DNA of 62,000 nt, taken from Lama guanicoe (lineage: Eukaryota). Shown here piece after piece: positions 50,967 to 62,000 of this stretch. Numbering within the stretch: the first letter of the stretch is position 1; every line of letters begins with the position of its first letter. Under the pieces are notes generated by a model. That model was given only the letters and a program-made list of their open reading frames with translations, was not told the DNA's origin and did no database searches. Made by a program: the position numbers and the translations under genes. The stretch spans positions 442,490-504,489 of the forward strand of contig MU053379.1 of assembly GCA_013239625.1 (NCBI GenBank). Direction: 5' to 3'.

Positions 50967-52499
50967 TCCAAGGGCTCTCATGAGCTCTTCCTCAGACTTT
51001 ATAAAACGCCTCTTCAAGGGCCCACCTTGCCCCTACCACTCCTGCTGCTCCTGACACCATCACTAGGGGGGACCCCAAAAGCCCTTCATAATGTTGCTTC
51101 CAAGGAGGCTACTGGCGGCATTAAGGCCAGGGGGAAGCACTTGGTGTTGGACCTTCCAGTGGCATCTTTGTGGGGAAACCAGAGAGGCTGACAAGACAAG
51201 CAAACAGGAGTCATTGTCCCTCCTCCCCAACCTCACCCCCAGCCTGTTTTCATCCTGGAGAGGGGAGAGGTCTTCATAGCTGCTTTCTGGGTCACTGCTG
51301 GTTGATTCGAGCAACAATGGGCCAAAATTTATCAGCTTTCTCTCTGCAAGTCAAATACGGCTAATGGTGACATCAACGCTGATGCCAAGCGACTGGAAGA
51401 TGAAAGGGTTCCTGTTTGTTCCGTGCGTCCATTGAGAAACCCAGACCCAAACCCATTAACAGAATATTTCCTAGTAGATAAATGAGACAAAAATCATGTG
51501 TACCCGGTTATAAATGAATAGCTCGCATGCACAAGGTAAACTCAGAAAAGTCCATTTTTCAGCCAAGATAGAGACTAATGATTCACTTTTGTTTTTACCA
51601 AAGATTGAGTCCTTTTCTCCAGTGGGAAATAGACCCACCCCCACCCCCACCCCAAAGAGGCTACATTGCTCTGAACATTAACATATGTTGCCAAACAAAC
51701 ATTTAAACTCTGTCTTAAAATAGCCTGTTTCTAGATAAATGGACCTCCCACTTAGCAATTTCCAGGACTTCAAATCTGCTTTAATTTCCTTTCTATGTAG
51801 GTTTTTATTTTGTGTTTCACTGGCACCAACTTTTCAATACCAAGGGAAAACCCGAGTGAGGTTTGAGAACAATGCGGGGACATTGAAATTCAAACCCGGA
51901 GCACAACTGGGCAATTTTCCAAATCTACAGGCAGTGAAATACTTCAGGTCAGGCGGCGTTTACCATCCGTGTAGAAACTGTGTTGGTTTGGCAGCTGTAG
52001 ACTAAAAGGATATTACCCGAGGTACGCTCTGAACAACTTTCAGTTACTGCCTCGGTAGTGACTGAGTTGCGGAAGGGACAGGTTTAGGTGCAGTGACCCA
52101 AAGTGAGGTGGTGCAGGATGGTTTCTGGCTGGTCTGCACAGGTGGGCTTGTTTTTTGTTTTTTTTTTTTATTCTTACTGCACAGGAAACCAAATGAACTC
52201 AAAGATTCAAAGATGCTGGGTTTTGCTTTTGAATGATTTTTAAAACAATCTCTCTAGTAAAGGATATTGATTTATTCTATAGCTTTTTAAAAAAAAAAAT
52301 CCTTTCTAATTCTCCAGTCTCTGCTGGTCATTGGTCTGAAGAATTAAATTTCCATGTTGCCTTTGCCACCAACATTATCAGACATTTCTTTAGTGTTTAT
52401 TAATCTAAATGTGGCTCCTTTCATGTTGGTTGTGTCTGATGTTCTTTTGTGTTAGCAAATTTGTTCTCTGGGGATGTGTTGATTTATTAAATTGCAGTC

Positions 52500-52590
52500 A
52501 CTGAGATTTAGAGTAGACATAAGGAAAGACTTCCTTACAACAAGATGTATTATATGCTGAAAAAGCTTCTCAAATCCTTTCTGAACTAAG
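52500..52590 (+). mobile_element. L3/CR1 3' fragment
   Basis: agatttagagtagacataaggaaagacttcct. Confidence 0.5.
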
Positions 52591-52978
52591 CCAGGGAAAT
52601 AAGAAATGGGACCCCTCTATGGGGACTTTCCTGAAAAGTCAGCAGGGCGTTCTCTATGGAAACTGACCACCACCACCCCACCCCCAATCTGCAACGCCAG
52701 CCTGATACCTGAGGGTCCTCCAAGGGGTAGTTTCTAACATGAATTTTATATAACTACCTAACTCAAATTGTGGGATGGGTGGGTGGTGGTGGTGTGTGTC
52801 TGTGAATGTGTTGGTTGGGGTCAGGGGAAGTGGCTGGGGAAAGGAGATAAATAGGGAAGTGGAGGAAGGGAAATAAACTGGAAATTAGCTTTTTCAGAAT
52901 CCAGAAAAACACAAGAAATGTTGGTCTTAGCAAAGTTATTTCTTGAAGTGAACCGTGAACTCAGCTGTTAGCTGACCC

Positions 52979-53062
52979 TTTCTTTTTTTTTTTTTTTTTT
53001 TTTTTNNNNNNNNNNNNNNNNNNNNNNNNNNNNNNNNNNTTTTTTTTTTTTTTTTTTTTTTT
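52979..53062. repeat. Poly-T tract containing a 34-N assembly gap (53006-53039)
   Basis: Read directly. Confidence 0.97.
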
Positions 53063-53757
53063 GGATCCTTTTCAAAGCTGAGGGAGTCTCTACTGGACAG
53101 ATCCCTCATGGAGCAGCAAGCCCTTCCCTCCTCAGCTACAGGGTGCACTCCTAACACATCCCTAAGGCCAAAGCAGAGGGCCTGCAAGACCCTAGGCAAT
53201 GCCAGCTGCCTTTTTCCTTCCCCTTCCCCTGTGTCTGCAACCCTCCCCGCGCCCTCCCACACACCAGAATGAGGACAGAGCCAGACACAGCTCCCAGGAT
53301 GCCAAACAGGCTAGAGAATCAGGGCGGTGCTCACAGCCATGAACATGAACATGCCCATCCTCCCTCCCACAACAGGCCCAGGAGAGCTATTTGGCAAATA
53401 AATAAGAAAAAGAAAAGCCAAACGTTACAGCAAAGCTGGAGCTGGTGAACAGAAATCAACATCAAGACCTCTTGTCGGGCCTCCCATTCCCCTACTGCCT
53501 CATTGTCCTGTGGGTTCACCCCACACCAAGTCCACCACTCCAGTGGGAATCCAGGTATGTATGGAGGAGGGCCGCAGGGGCAAGGTAGCCAGGGGTTCCC
53601 TGGACACGAAGGTCATGTCCATTTCCAAGCATCGGGATTAACCACAGGGCAGGACTTTGCCTTCCTCTTCTATCAACAGCTCCATCATTCCTGCTGTCAG
53701 CACAGCTCTGTCTCTGGGCCTCCCCCTGCCCCAGGAGCAGGCGCAGGGCAGGGGTCA

Positions 53758-53935
53758 GGGGCTCAGCCTCTGAAGTCAGGCTGCCTGGGTTCCACTCCTA
53801 AATCCCACCCTCCTTATGGTTCACTCCTCCACTGTCAGATGGGAATCCCTGCAGCCCTGACCTCATAGGGTTAGTGCACCAAAAACACCAAGCACCATGC
53901 ACAGGCAAGTTGCTCTGCTCAATGAATATTAACTA
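53758..53935 (+). mobile_element. MIR
   Basis: ctctgaagtcaggctgcctgggttcc...ctgacctcatagggtt...gctcaatgaatattaact. Confidence 0.7.
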
Positions 53936-54017
53936 CCGTCAGTTACATGGAATATAATGTATTTGCAGAGGAACTGTAATAATTCTACCTAATAAAACTG
54001 AAAAAGAAAAAAAAGGT

Positions 54018-54111
54018 CACGTATAACTGAAAAATTGTGCCCTGCAACTTGACACAACATTGTAAAATGGCAATAACTCAATAAAAAAAGTTTAAAAAAA
54101 TTTAAAAAAAA
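54018..54111 (+). mobile_element. Young L1 3'-tail insertion
   Basis: gtataactgaaaaattgtg...gacacaacattgtaaaatggcaataactcaataaaaaaa. Same 3' end family as the elements at 3934 and 44252. Confidence 0.85.
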
Positions 54112-57100
54112 AAAAAGGAAAAAAGATACCATGCTCTCAAACGAAAAAAAAAAAATTAACTCCCATCCCCATAGTTCCTGGCCCTCTTTTTGCTGCCATC
54201 ACACATTTCCACTCTTGCTTCCATCTCAGTTGTTACTGACCCAAAGTTAGGCTGATGATGTAAGAAAAAAACATCAGAAGTGCAGAGTAATTTACCCAAG
54301 TCATTCAAGGATTTTGAAGTTGTAGGGCGTGTGTGCGTATGCGTCTACACACATAAACATGTGTGTTGGTATGTCTGTATGGGTGGATATACGTATCAGC
54401 CTCTGTGTGTCTCAGTCACCATGTAAGTGCATATACTGGTAAAATACTACTTCAGCGAGGCTCTGTACAACTTCCTTTGGATATCAGGCTGGAAAACACA
54501 AGCTCAACTGGTTCTTCCCCTTCCCCATCTCCCCTCCTTACTTCCCTACCGGAGCTTTTGGACCACTTCCAAATAAGTGACTTGCTCTTGAATCCTATGT
54601 CAGGGTCTGATTCCAGAGGAATCTAGAGGGACAGCAACTTAGCATCCTTTCCCAGAATCCAGGATGATGGAAAACCTGTATCCTTACAAGAGAGTTAGAA
54701 TCATAAAACAGCATCAACTGGTGTTGACCATTAAAGGAACAATGGCCCCCTCTCTCCAAGTCTCCGTATTTCAGCTATTATGATGTGTGACGTTGTAGTT
54801 GTGATGTGTGATATTATGATGTGACAGCTAGGTTCTCAGAGTTGAACCCAGGAGATTTTCTGTTACATAAGGAACTCTCAGGCTCCACATACTCCAGTCT
54901 TAGCCAGCACCGCATTCCCCAGTCCAGCAGCCAAAGTAATTTAAATTCATTCTAGTCTTTCCCGACCTCTTGCAAAGAATGCTAATGGGAGTATTTCCCA
55001 CATTCTGTTTTTCTCCCCTCTCTGCTTTTCTCCAACTTGTCAAGGGTGTGACACCCTCTCTCCTGGCTCTGACATCTCCCAGCACCCTGAACCTCATGCT
55101 CAAAAGGTTTTTGTTCTCTATCATCAAACTCCTTCTCCAGTCAGCTCTTAGGTGGATCACTTAACCTCTCTACATGCCTTGCATTTCTCTCAGCTTCCAA
55201 AATCACGGTAATAACGGAGGGCTCAGGAACCAATTCAACTACCCCCAGAAAAAGGAGGTGAGCATGAAAAAGGAGAAATGTTAATATTTATACTGTATAA
55301 TTTTTGCCCCTGTTAAACTTTCCTCCCTGGAACATCCTTGTGGGTTCTGCACTTCGAGGTTCGGTATTCACTAGGGTTCCCCAGAAGCAGCTTCTGTTCC
55401 AGTCGACCCGTCTCTCTTTGACTTTTCTCACTAGAGTGAGCATCGCTTCTTGCAATTTCCTGTTGTGGTGCCAGGCTGATTCTGGCTGGGTCCATTAGTG
55501 CCCCTCTTGGCAAACTTGGATTGGGAAGATGGGCAACTAAATATGCATTTATTAGAGGTGTTTTTCTTTCACTAGCAGCTGCCATCTGTTCCTCTTCACA
55601 ACATAACAGCCCCCTCCTTCCAATGTCCTCTCGAGACGTCTCCATTCACTGTTCTGTATTCATTTGTGCGTTCAACTGTCAGCCAATTTTTGAAAGAAGG
55701 GAAATAAGAAGTAACTCAAAATAGAAATAGTAATAAAATATTACCCCTAAATAAAAGAGAGATGAGGTTTAAAAAAAAAAAAAGATCTAGGTGCAGGAAG
55801 GACAATCAAGGTGTGATTGGAAAGATGACCAATAACTGAATAGCTGGAGGACAGCCTGCAACAGAGATGAAGGGTATAAATCGGGGGAGGAAAAAATGTT
55901 TGCCTGATTCTGTTTTACAGACAGTCTCTTATAGCATGCGTGATGTGTCATCCGAACTTGTTTTGATGTGCCAGACATCTCCAGTGTCCATCCTGGGCTT
56001 TAGATGCAACTTAGGGTGCATTTTAAGACCTGCCATCCAGGATACGTGCTGATTTACTTGCTTTCAATGAGTTACCGGCAGGAACGCAGTTCCAAATGCC
56101 AAGAAAGAGGAGGACAGAACACTTCCAGTTCCATCTCCATCCACAATGTGGAAAAAATAAAAACACAATTCTCAGAGTTGCACTCCAGACTTGTTATTTG
56201 CCATTCAGAGTTTCTGCGGGGACATGGCTGCATGCCCGCCCTCTGCGCGAGACGAGGGATGTGCCTGGCTCCTGATGAATAGGCATTTGAGATCCAAAAT
56301 GTATTGAGGTTGACTCGTTTGTCATCGCATTTGTCATTTGCCCAGGTCCCATATAGATGGAAAACTACATTACCAGCCCCCGTTTCAAAGGCAAAATGCA
56401 TTCTGCATTGTATATGAGCTGGGTAATGTCAAGTGGCTATGATTGCAGCGTGGGAGTTGTTTTGGTTTGTTTTGTCTTGGTTTAAGTCAGGAAACAATGA
56501 ATATGTTTGTCATTTTCTAAACATTCTGGCCCCAAACCACTTGGGGCTGGTGGTCCTTCATCTCCACGGGGCATTCCACCGAACAACCGCCGTCTGCCAG
56601 GGACGCCCACGAATGTCAGAGTTCTGCTGGGTTTCTCTGAAGCCCGCCTCTGCTTTCAGAGTTTTGAATAAGCTACAGGGCCACAATTTACTACTATTGT
56701 CATTTCTTCAGAGAGACAGAGAGAAATACAGCTGCTACTTTAGACGAGAAGCCCCTGGGAAGAGCACACACACAGTCAAAACGATCCTGGTGCAGGATCA
56801 TCCAGTGCAGCTGTGAGCGAAGGAGGGCGGCAAATAAGACAGAAGAGCCCCCGTCTCATTATTTCTGGCACCGGTGTTTGGGGAAGGAGCATGCTGCTCA
56901 CTTCGGCAGAAAAACACATTTTCTTTTTCCATCAAGTAGGATATGAACAACCAAGAATCAATCATTAGCAAGCCATTAAAGGGTCACTGAAGGGGGAGCA
57001 CCAATTTCTGATGATAAAAATGACATATTTATGCATGGGTTCCTGCATAGCCCATTGTAAATAACTACCAAGCCCTTGTAAAGAAGTCAGGATGGAGAAT

Positions 57101-57115
57101 TAAAGACAAAGAAGT

Positions 57116-57624
57116 TGTATCAAATTAGCGTTTGCTGTGTAACCAGCCATCAAGGTGTAGTTGCTTACAAGCTTCTGTTAGCTCCTGATTCTCTGCGTCG
57201 GCAACTCAGGATAAGTTCATCTGGGCAGCTCTGCCTGCCTCGTCTAGGGTTACTCATGTGCGGGCCATCCAACGGTGGTGCGGCTGGGAGCTGACTGGTC
57301 TCCGATGGCCTCACTCGCATGTCCAGCATTTAGCGCTGACTGTTGGCTGTGGAGGTGGGGGTGGCTGGGGTCTGCATCTCCAAGCGGCTAGCTGAGTTTT
57401 TTCACATGTTGGTGGTCACAGTGTTCCAAGTACATCAAGACAGGGCCAGCCCCAGTGTACAAGCACATTTCAAGCCTCTGTTTGTGGCGTATTTGCTATA
57501 ACCCATTGGCCAAAGCAAGTCACATAGCCAGGCCCACGGTCAGGGTGGGCAGGAAATACTCAAAGGTGTGCTTACAAAGAGAGATGTGAATAAATTGGGA
57601 CCATTACTCCAACAATCTACCATG
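57116..57624 (-). mobile_element. MaLR LTR (MLT1)
   Basis: gatggcctcactcgcatgtc...cccattggccaaagcaagtcacatagcc...caatctacca. Confidence 0.82.
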
Positions 57625-58061
57625 AAAGTATTCTTGGAAACATTTTTTCTCTGTATCTATCAAACTGAAATGAGGGGACTTAGAATCATGCAGTCATGGT
57701 ACAGAATGGATATTAGATGTCTATAAGTCCAAATTCTCCCTTTTATAGATGAAGCAACTTAAAACTCATATGGGTCACTTTTTTGTCCAGGATCACGATA
57801 AACTTGATAATATATTAGTGATAATACATTGGAAAGCACTTGGAATCACTGATATCGTAGTCTGGTTTGGTGTTTAGGATAGGCAAGATTATTTTTACTG
57901 AGGGAAGAAAATTCTATCAGAGCTGGACAGTCTGGAAAATGGTTTAGAAAAGAAAAGACCAAGCTCAGGTAGGCAGGCGGATGAATATGTAGATGTAATG
58001 AGGGAAAACCAAATGAAAACTTATGGTATCCTATCTTCCTCGTAGTTTTTTAGATTCATAA

Positions 58062-58200
58062 GGCAGTGCTTCTCAAATTTTATGCACAGGAACCTCCTGG
58101 GATCTTGTTAAAATGCACATTCTGATTCAGGAGGAGGAGCCAGAGACTGAGACAAGCTACCAAGTGAGGCTGATGCCACAAGTCTAAGGACCATGGTGGG
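58062..58200. mobile_element. MER5A-like (hAT-Charlie)
   Basis: cagtgcttctcaaat...cctgggatcttgttaaaatgcacattctgattcag. Confidence 0.8.
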
Positions 58201-58549
58201 AAAACTCTAAGAGTGGTCTTCTCTCTCCAGGTCCTCATCCCTCATCTTTATTCAGCCTCCTCCCTGCATCACCACTCCCCACATCTCAGAAATCTGACTG
58301 TAGTGCCAGTCCAGGGAGAGTTCTCCTGGTGAGAGTGGTCTATACCCAGTAAAAACTTAGTTCTCACCCGCTATTCCTCAAAATAGCATCGGGTGCATAG
58401 GACATATCCTGAAATGTAGATTCCTGCCCCCATCACACACCTCCGGGAGGCTCCTTCCCTCTGTCCTCAGCATCTTCTTTTCAAAACTGCGGTTACCACC
58501 TACTGAAGCAGAAGAGGGCTGAGTTCTTATGTCCCCACTCCCTGCCCAG

Positions 58550-58910
58550 GCCACTTTATTTAAAGGGGTTTTGTACCCAGAGGAAAATCCTCAAGAAGCA
58601 CCAGGAGGAAATGGGGAAGTGAGACAGGGAAGGGACCGACTCCAATAAAGTGTGTGCTGTCAAGCAAATTCCCACCATGGGCACAGAGGCTTAGCCTGTG
58701 CGGACCTCTGGGAGACTGTGTAGAACACACTCTAGAGTTACCCTACCCGGCGAGGGGGAGTTGGGGTATTTATACACCAAATTCCTGGCAGGCACTGGTT
58801 AGGGGTGCTCCCCATAGAGCTAATTCTCCAGCTCATTTGGCACCTTGAGGCAGGGTACTAGCATTCAAGAAACACCTTCAGGTAGAGAGTCACTGGAGCT
58901 TACAGAGGCA
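58550..58910 (-). mobile_element. ERVL LTR (LTR16/LTR33-like)
   Basis: ggggaagtgagacagggaagg...ccaataaagtgtgtg...gttggggtatttatacacca. Confidence 0.75.
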
Positions 58911-59261
58911 GCTCTCCATTTGCAGAGAATGCAGAGTCCTTCTGCCTTAGCCGTCCTTGGAGAACTAACCAGAAAATAAGGAATAACATAAATATATAAA
59001 GGCTGGGACTGAAACCAAAGGAAACACACAAGAAGCAAAACACCATTAAAATGAGCAAACTCTTATGACAACAAGCTTTTTGGTTATTTTTATTTTTTTC
59101 TCCTCTCGAATTGACAGTTTGTTTGGTTTATTGGTGGTGGTGGTGGTTTTATGCAAACTAATCATGCCTCTGCTGCCTTCAACACATGGTTGGCTCAACG
59201 TTACCTACCCTACTCACTCAACAGGAAAGCAAAATTTATTTTCATCCCTTTCCACTAGGAC

Positions 59262-59450
59262 GCAATAGTGGATCTGGACTTCATTCTGTCCCTGTCATTT
59301 TTACCTCATCTGTGACCTTGGCCAAGTTGTCCTTTCCAGGCTTCAGTTTCCTCATCTATTAAAAGAGAAGCGCAGCTCCGACTGCACAGGACTGTGTGAG
59401 GACTGAATGAAAAGAAGTACGTTAAGCATCTCACCCACGAGATGCCTGCA
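59262..59450 (+). mobile_element. MIR
   Basis: ctgtgaccttggccaagt...cttcagtttcctcatctat. Confidence 0.75.
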
Positions 59451-60427
59451 AATGCCCTCCTCCTTCCTGACTCTCCTCATCACTAAAAACTAAATTCTAG
59501 CCTGTTCGATCAATTCTTACTGAAGTCTTACTATGTGCAAAAAAATCCATCTTAGATTCCAAGGGGACTAATTTACAGAGCTAATAAAACATAACCCTTT
59601 CCTTCCAGTCGCTTTCTGCTTTGGATAAAGGCAGACATATAAAGACGTATAAAGAGTGAATAAAATCAGGTAGCAGTAGGTTTTACTTTCAGTGTACAGT
59701 GCTATGTTCTGATCTTACAGGGAGAAATTATTCTCTATTTTCCTGTAATTTACATAATAGTAGTTGTTCCAGAATTTACATTCAACTGCCAGAGTCTACA
59801 AAATTCCCAGGAACTACCATGCTCAACAGAACTGTATTACCCACATTAAAACCTTTGACTAAGCTCTAATTGATTCCAACATTCTGAAGATTAAGAGAAA
59901 GAGTTGAAAATAATTTGGAAACTGCTGATTTGTATTAGGCATAGATTTACTGAAACAAAACAGATGGACAAAGTTTTTGAAGTGAGATTATCTTGTCAAT
60001 TGGGCATGACAAAAAGAATAAATTATTTTTCCAAGCTTTGAAAATCCTTTCTCTTGAGATTGGACTAGGAGAGAAAAAAAAATAAAACCTAACATTTACT
60101 GAGCATCTCTAAGTGCCAGGTATCACGGTAGAGTCTCCATTTATCATTATATTTGATCCCGTCGACTCCCCAGAGACCCCCAGAGAAACCTGTTACTCAA
60201 GCAAAGCTACATTTAGTTGTTAGATGTACTGCAGTAAGGAAGAACACTGCCTGGATAGAGGATGGTTTTGGGGGCTGAGCTGGGTGATTTTGAGGCCATT
60301 CTTGCAAGGCAAAGAACTTGTTGGAACTGGGCACCATTTATGACTCTACCATTGTTTACTTTAGGTTGGTGAGCACATTGAGGTGAGGACTTTGAAGGGA
60401 ATCTTGATAAGCAGGCTCTTTAGCTGG

Positions 60428-60804
60428 TGTTACTGTGTCTCCTCAAAATTTGTCTGTTGAAGCCCTAATCCCCAACACATCAGGATGAGACTGTATTTGG
60501 AGATAGGGCCTTTGAAGAGGTGGTCAAGTTCAGTGAGGTCATATGGGCCTTCACTGGATATGACTGGTGTCCTCACAAGAGGAGAATACTGGGACGCAGA
60601 CACACACAAAGGGAAGTCCATGTGAAGACAGAAGGAGAAGAAAGCCATTTTCAAGCCAAGGACAGAAGCTTTAGAAGAAACCAACCTTGGCCAACACCTT
60701 GACCTTGGCCTTGCATCCTCCAGAACTGTGAGAAAATAATTTCCTGCTCTTTAAGTCACCCAGGTTGCAATGCTTTGTTATGGCAGCCCTTGCAAACTCA
60801 TGCA
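60428..60804 (+). mobile_element. MaLR solo LTR (MLT1A/B-like)
   Basis: gtatttggagatagggcctttgaagagg...cctccagaactgtgagaaaataa...ttgttatggcagccct; TG...CA ends. Confidence 0.92.
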
Positions 60805-61184
60805 GTCCATTCAAAGTCCTCTCTTCCAGAATTAGGTCCTTCCAGGAGCAGGAGGTTATGTAACAGGCCCCAGATTTCAAGGCTATTAAGGTAGCCAGGA
60901 TCCAACTTTAGTCCACTGGACCACAAAACCCAGCTCTCCTCTGGATGTTGAACTTTCCTCTGAAGCAGAAATGAATTATAAATAGGGACTAAATAGAAGG
61001 TGGCTGGGGCTTTGTCATACCTTTCATAAGACAGTCAGCTTTTCATGGGACAGGGACAGCACAGGACACCCACTGTAGTTTTTTTGAATCCAGCCTCCAG
61101 CCTAGGATAGCATTGTACAGTTTACAAGATATAAGGACCAGACAGTGCTTTTCCCAGGTGAGAATATTCTCGTGTCTCCTCCCT

Positions 61185-61595
61185 GTACCCAGCACCCAGT
61201 ATCCCTTCAGCACTGACCTTTTTGAGTGCAGAGATCCTGAGACTTCCACCTGCCAATACCTGCAAGCTTCACCTGAGTAGGTTCTCTGATCCCTGGAGCC
61301 CATTGGGTCCTTGTTCAGGGCAGACAGGAAGTTCTTGGCAGTGAATACCCTCTTTCCTGCAGCATCGGTCAACCAATGGCTCATGGGAGTTGGTGGATAA
61401 ATACCCCAGTTCCATCCTCTCTCAAGCAGGACAGCTCTGTTTCCACAGCTCCCCAGTCGTATGGACCCCCAGTAGCCCACAGTGGCAACTGGCTTCATGA
61501 CACACTCTTTATGGCTGTCCTCCATCCCTAGTGAAGCTCACTTGGATCACCTCCCAAATAAGATGTTTGCACTCAACTCCTTGTCTTAGTTCCTC
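61185..61595 (+). mobile_element. ERVL LTR (LTR16-like)
   Basis: caaccaatggctcatgggagttggtggataaataccccag...ggatcacctcccaaataa...ttgcactcaactccttgtct. Confidence 0.78.
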
Positions 61596-61744
61596 GTGTC
61601 AGTTGGAGACATGAGGCTATAACTCCTGGCTCCAACCTGACAGTCCCCTCTCCTGCCTTAAACACCTTTATGAACCTCCGGTTCTCTTAGGCTGAAGGTC
61701 ACGTTTCTCAGTATGACCTGGAAAACCTGACATGATCTGGTCCT

Positions 61745-61900
61745 TGTCAGAGTCCTTAGCTTTAGCAACAGAATAGAATCTGGGTACCTAAAGCAGAAAA
61801 GTAATTTGTTAGAAGAATGTCTCTTATAGAATCAGTTAGAAGGCTGGGAACCAGGTTGATTCAGAGGTAAGCAGCCAAGGCTCTGCAGGAAGAACCATTT
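61745..61900. mobile_element. Probable old MaLR LTR fragment
   Basis: tgtcagagtccttag...gcaacagaa...ctaaagcagaaaagtaatttgttagaag. Confidence 0.45.
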
Positions 61901-62000
61901 GGGTAGGACATCCCTGGACACCTCCTCCTCTTGGTCCTGGTCTCTCTTCTGCTGCCAGATTCCACTGCCCAGACAACTCCCACCACTGAACTCTCAGCTA

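Larger units (their letters stand above)
5242..62000 (+). other. PCSK2: PCSK2 intron 2 (continues past the window end)
   Basis: Begins GTGAGT. The exon 3 peptide (VKMALQQEGFDRKKRGYRD...) was not seen. Most L1s are antisense, as expected inside a + strand gene. Confidence 0.8.

Noticed and set aside
51351..51485. Open frame SNTANGDINADAKRLEDER... after a pyrimidine-rich AAG
   Set aside because: No similarity to PC2 exon 3 or any protein I recognise, and it ends in a stop.
52936..53262. ORF with poly-K/X, and a possible acceptor after the poly-T (AG at 53076-53077)
   Set aside because: Poly-T and N-gap artefact. No PCSK2 peptide or convincing donor follows.
55496..55514. CTCF-like tagtgcccctcttggc
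   Set aside because: One base short in the core spacing.
61043..61525. Longest track ORF (160 aa, - strand)
   Set aside because: Lies mostly within an LTR16-like LTR, with no domain similarity.
1..62000. CRISPR arrays, tRNA/rRNA genes, prokaryotic-type systems
   Set aside because: Mammalian intronic DNA. No repeat-spacer array or recognisable structural RNA gene was seen.

Overview
Mammalian genomic DNA, probably camelid. The young L1 3' ends look camelid-type from recall, and no Alu, B1, Bov-tA, PRE1 or Can-SINE was seen, so the species call is an inference. The window lies inside PCSK2 (prohormone convertase 2) on the + strand. It holds one coding exon at 5137-5241 (105 nt, LPFAEGLYHFYHNGLAKVKRRRSLPHKQQLERDPR, prodomain; corresponds to human exon 2). 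Before it lies the end of intron 1, and after it about 57 kb of intron 2. No other PCSK2 exon was seen. The introns are dense in transposon fossils: L1 (mostly antisense to the gene), L2, MIR, L3/CR1, MaLR/ERVL solo LTRs, hAT MERs and a pogo/Tc2-like remnant. Almost all ORFs in the supplied track are spurious or repeat-derived. The most notable items are: a TSD-flanked ~3.07 kb 'half-L1' (5'UTR + ORF1 joined directly to the L1 3' end at an AG junction); two substitutions flanking the PC2 prodomain KRRR site; a twin-primed mini-L1 forming an inverted repeat; a nested probable mRNA-tail retrocopy; and a perfect 83-bp tandem duplication. Repeat family names come from recalled consensus sequences and their boundaries are approximate. 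I found no clear evidence of a wholly new biological system; the half-L1 is the best candidate for an undescribed element family.
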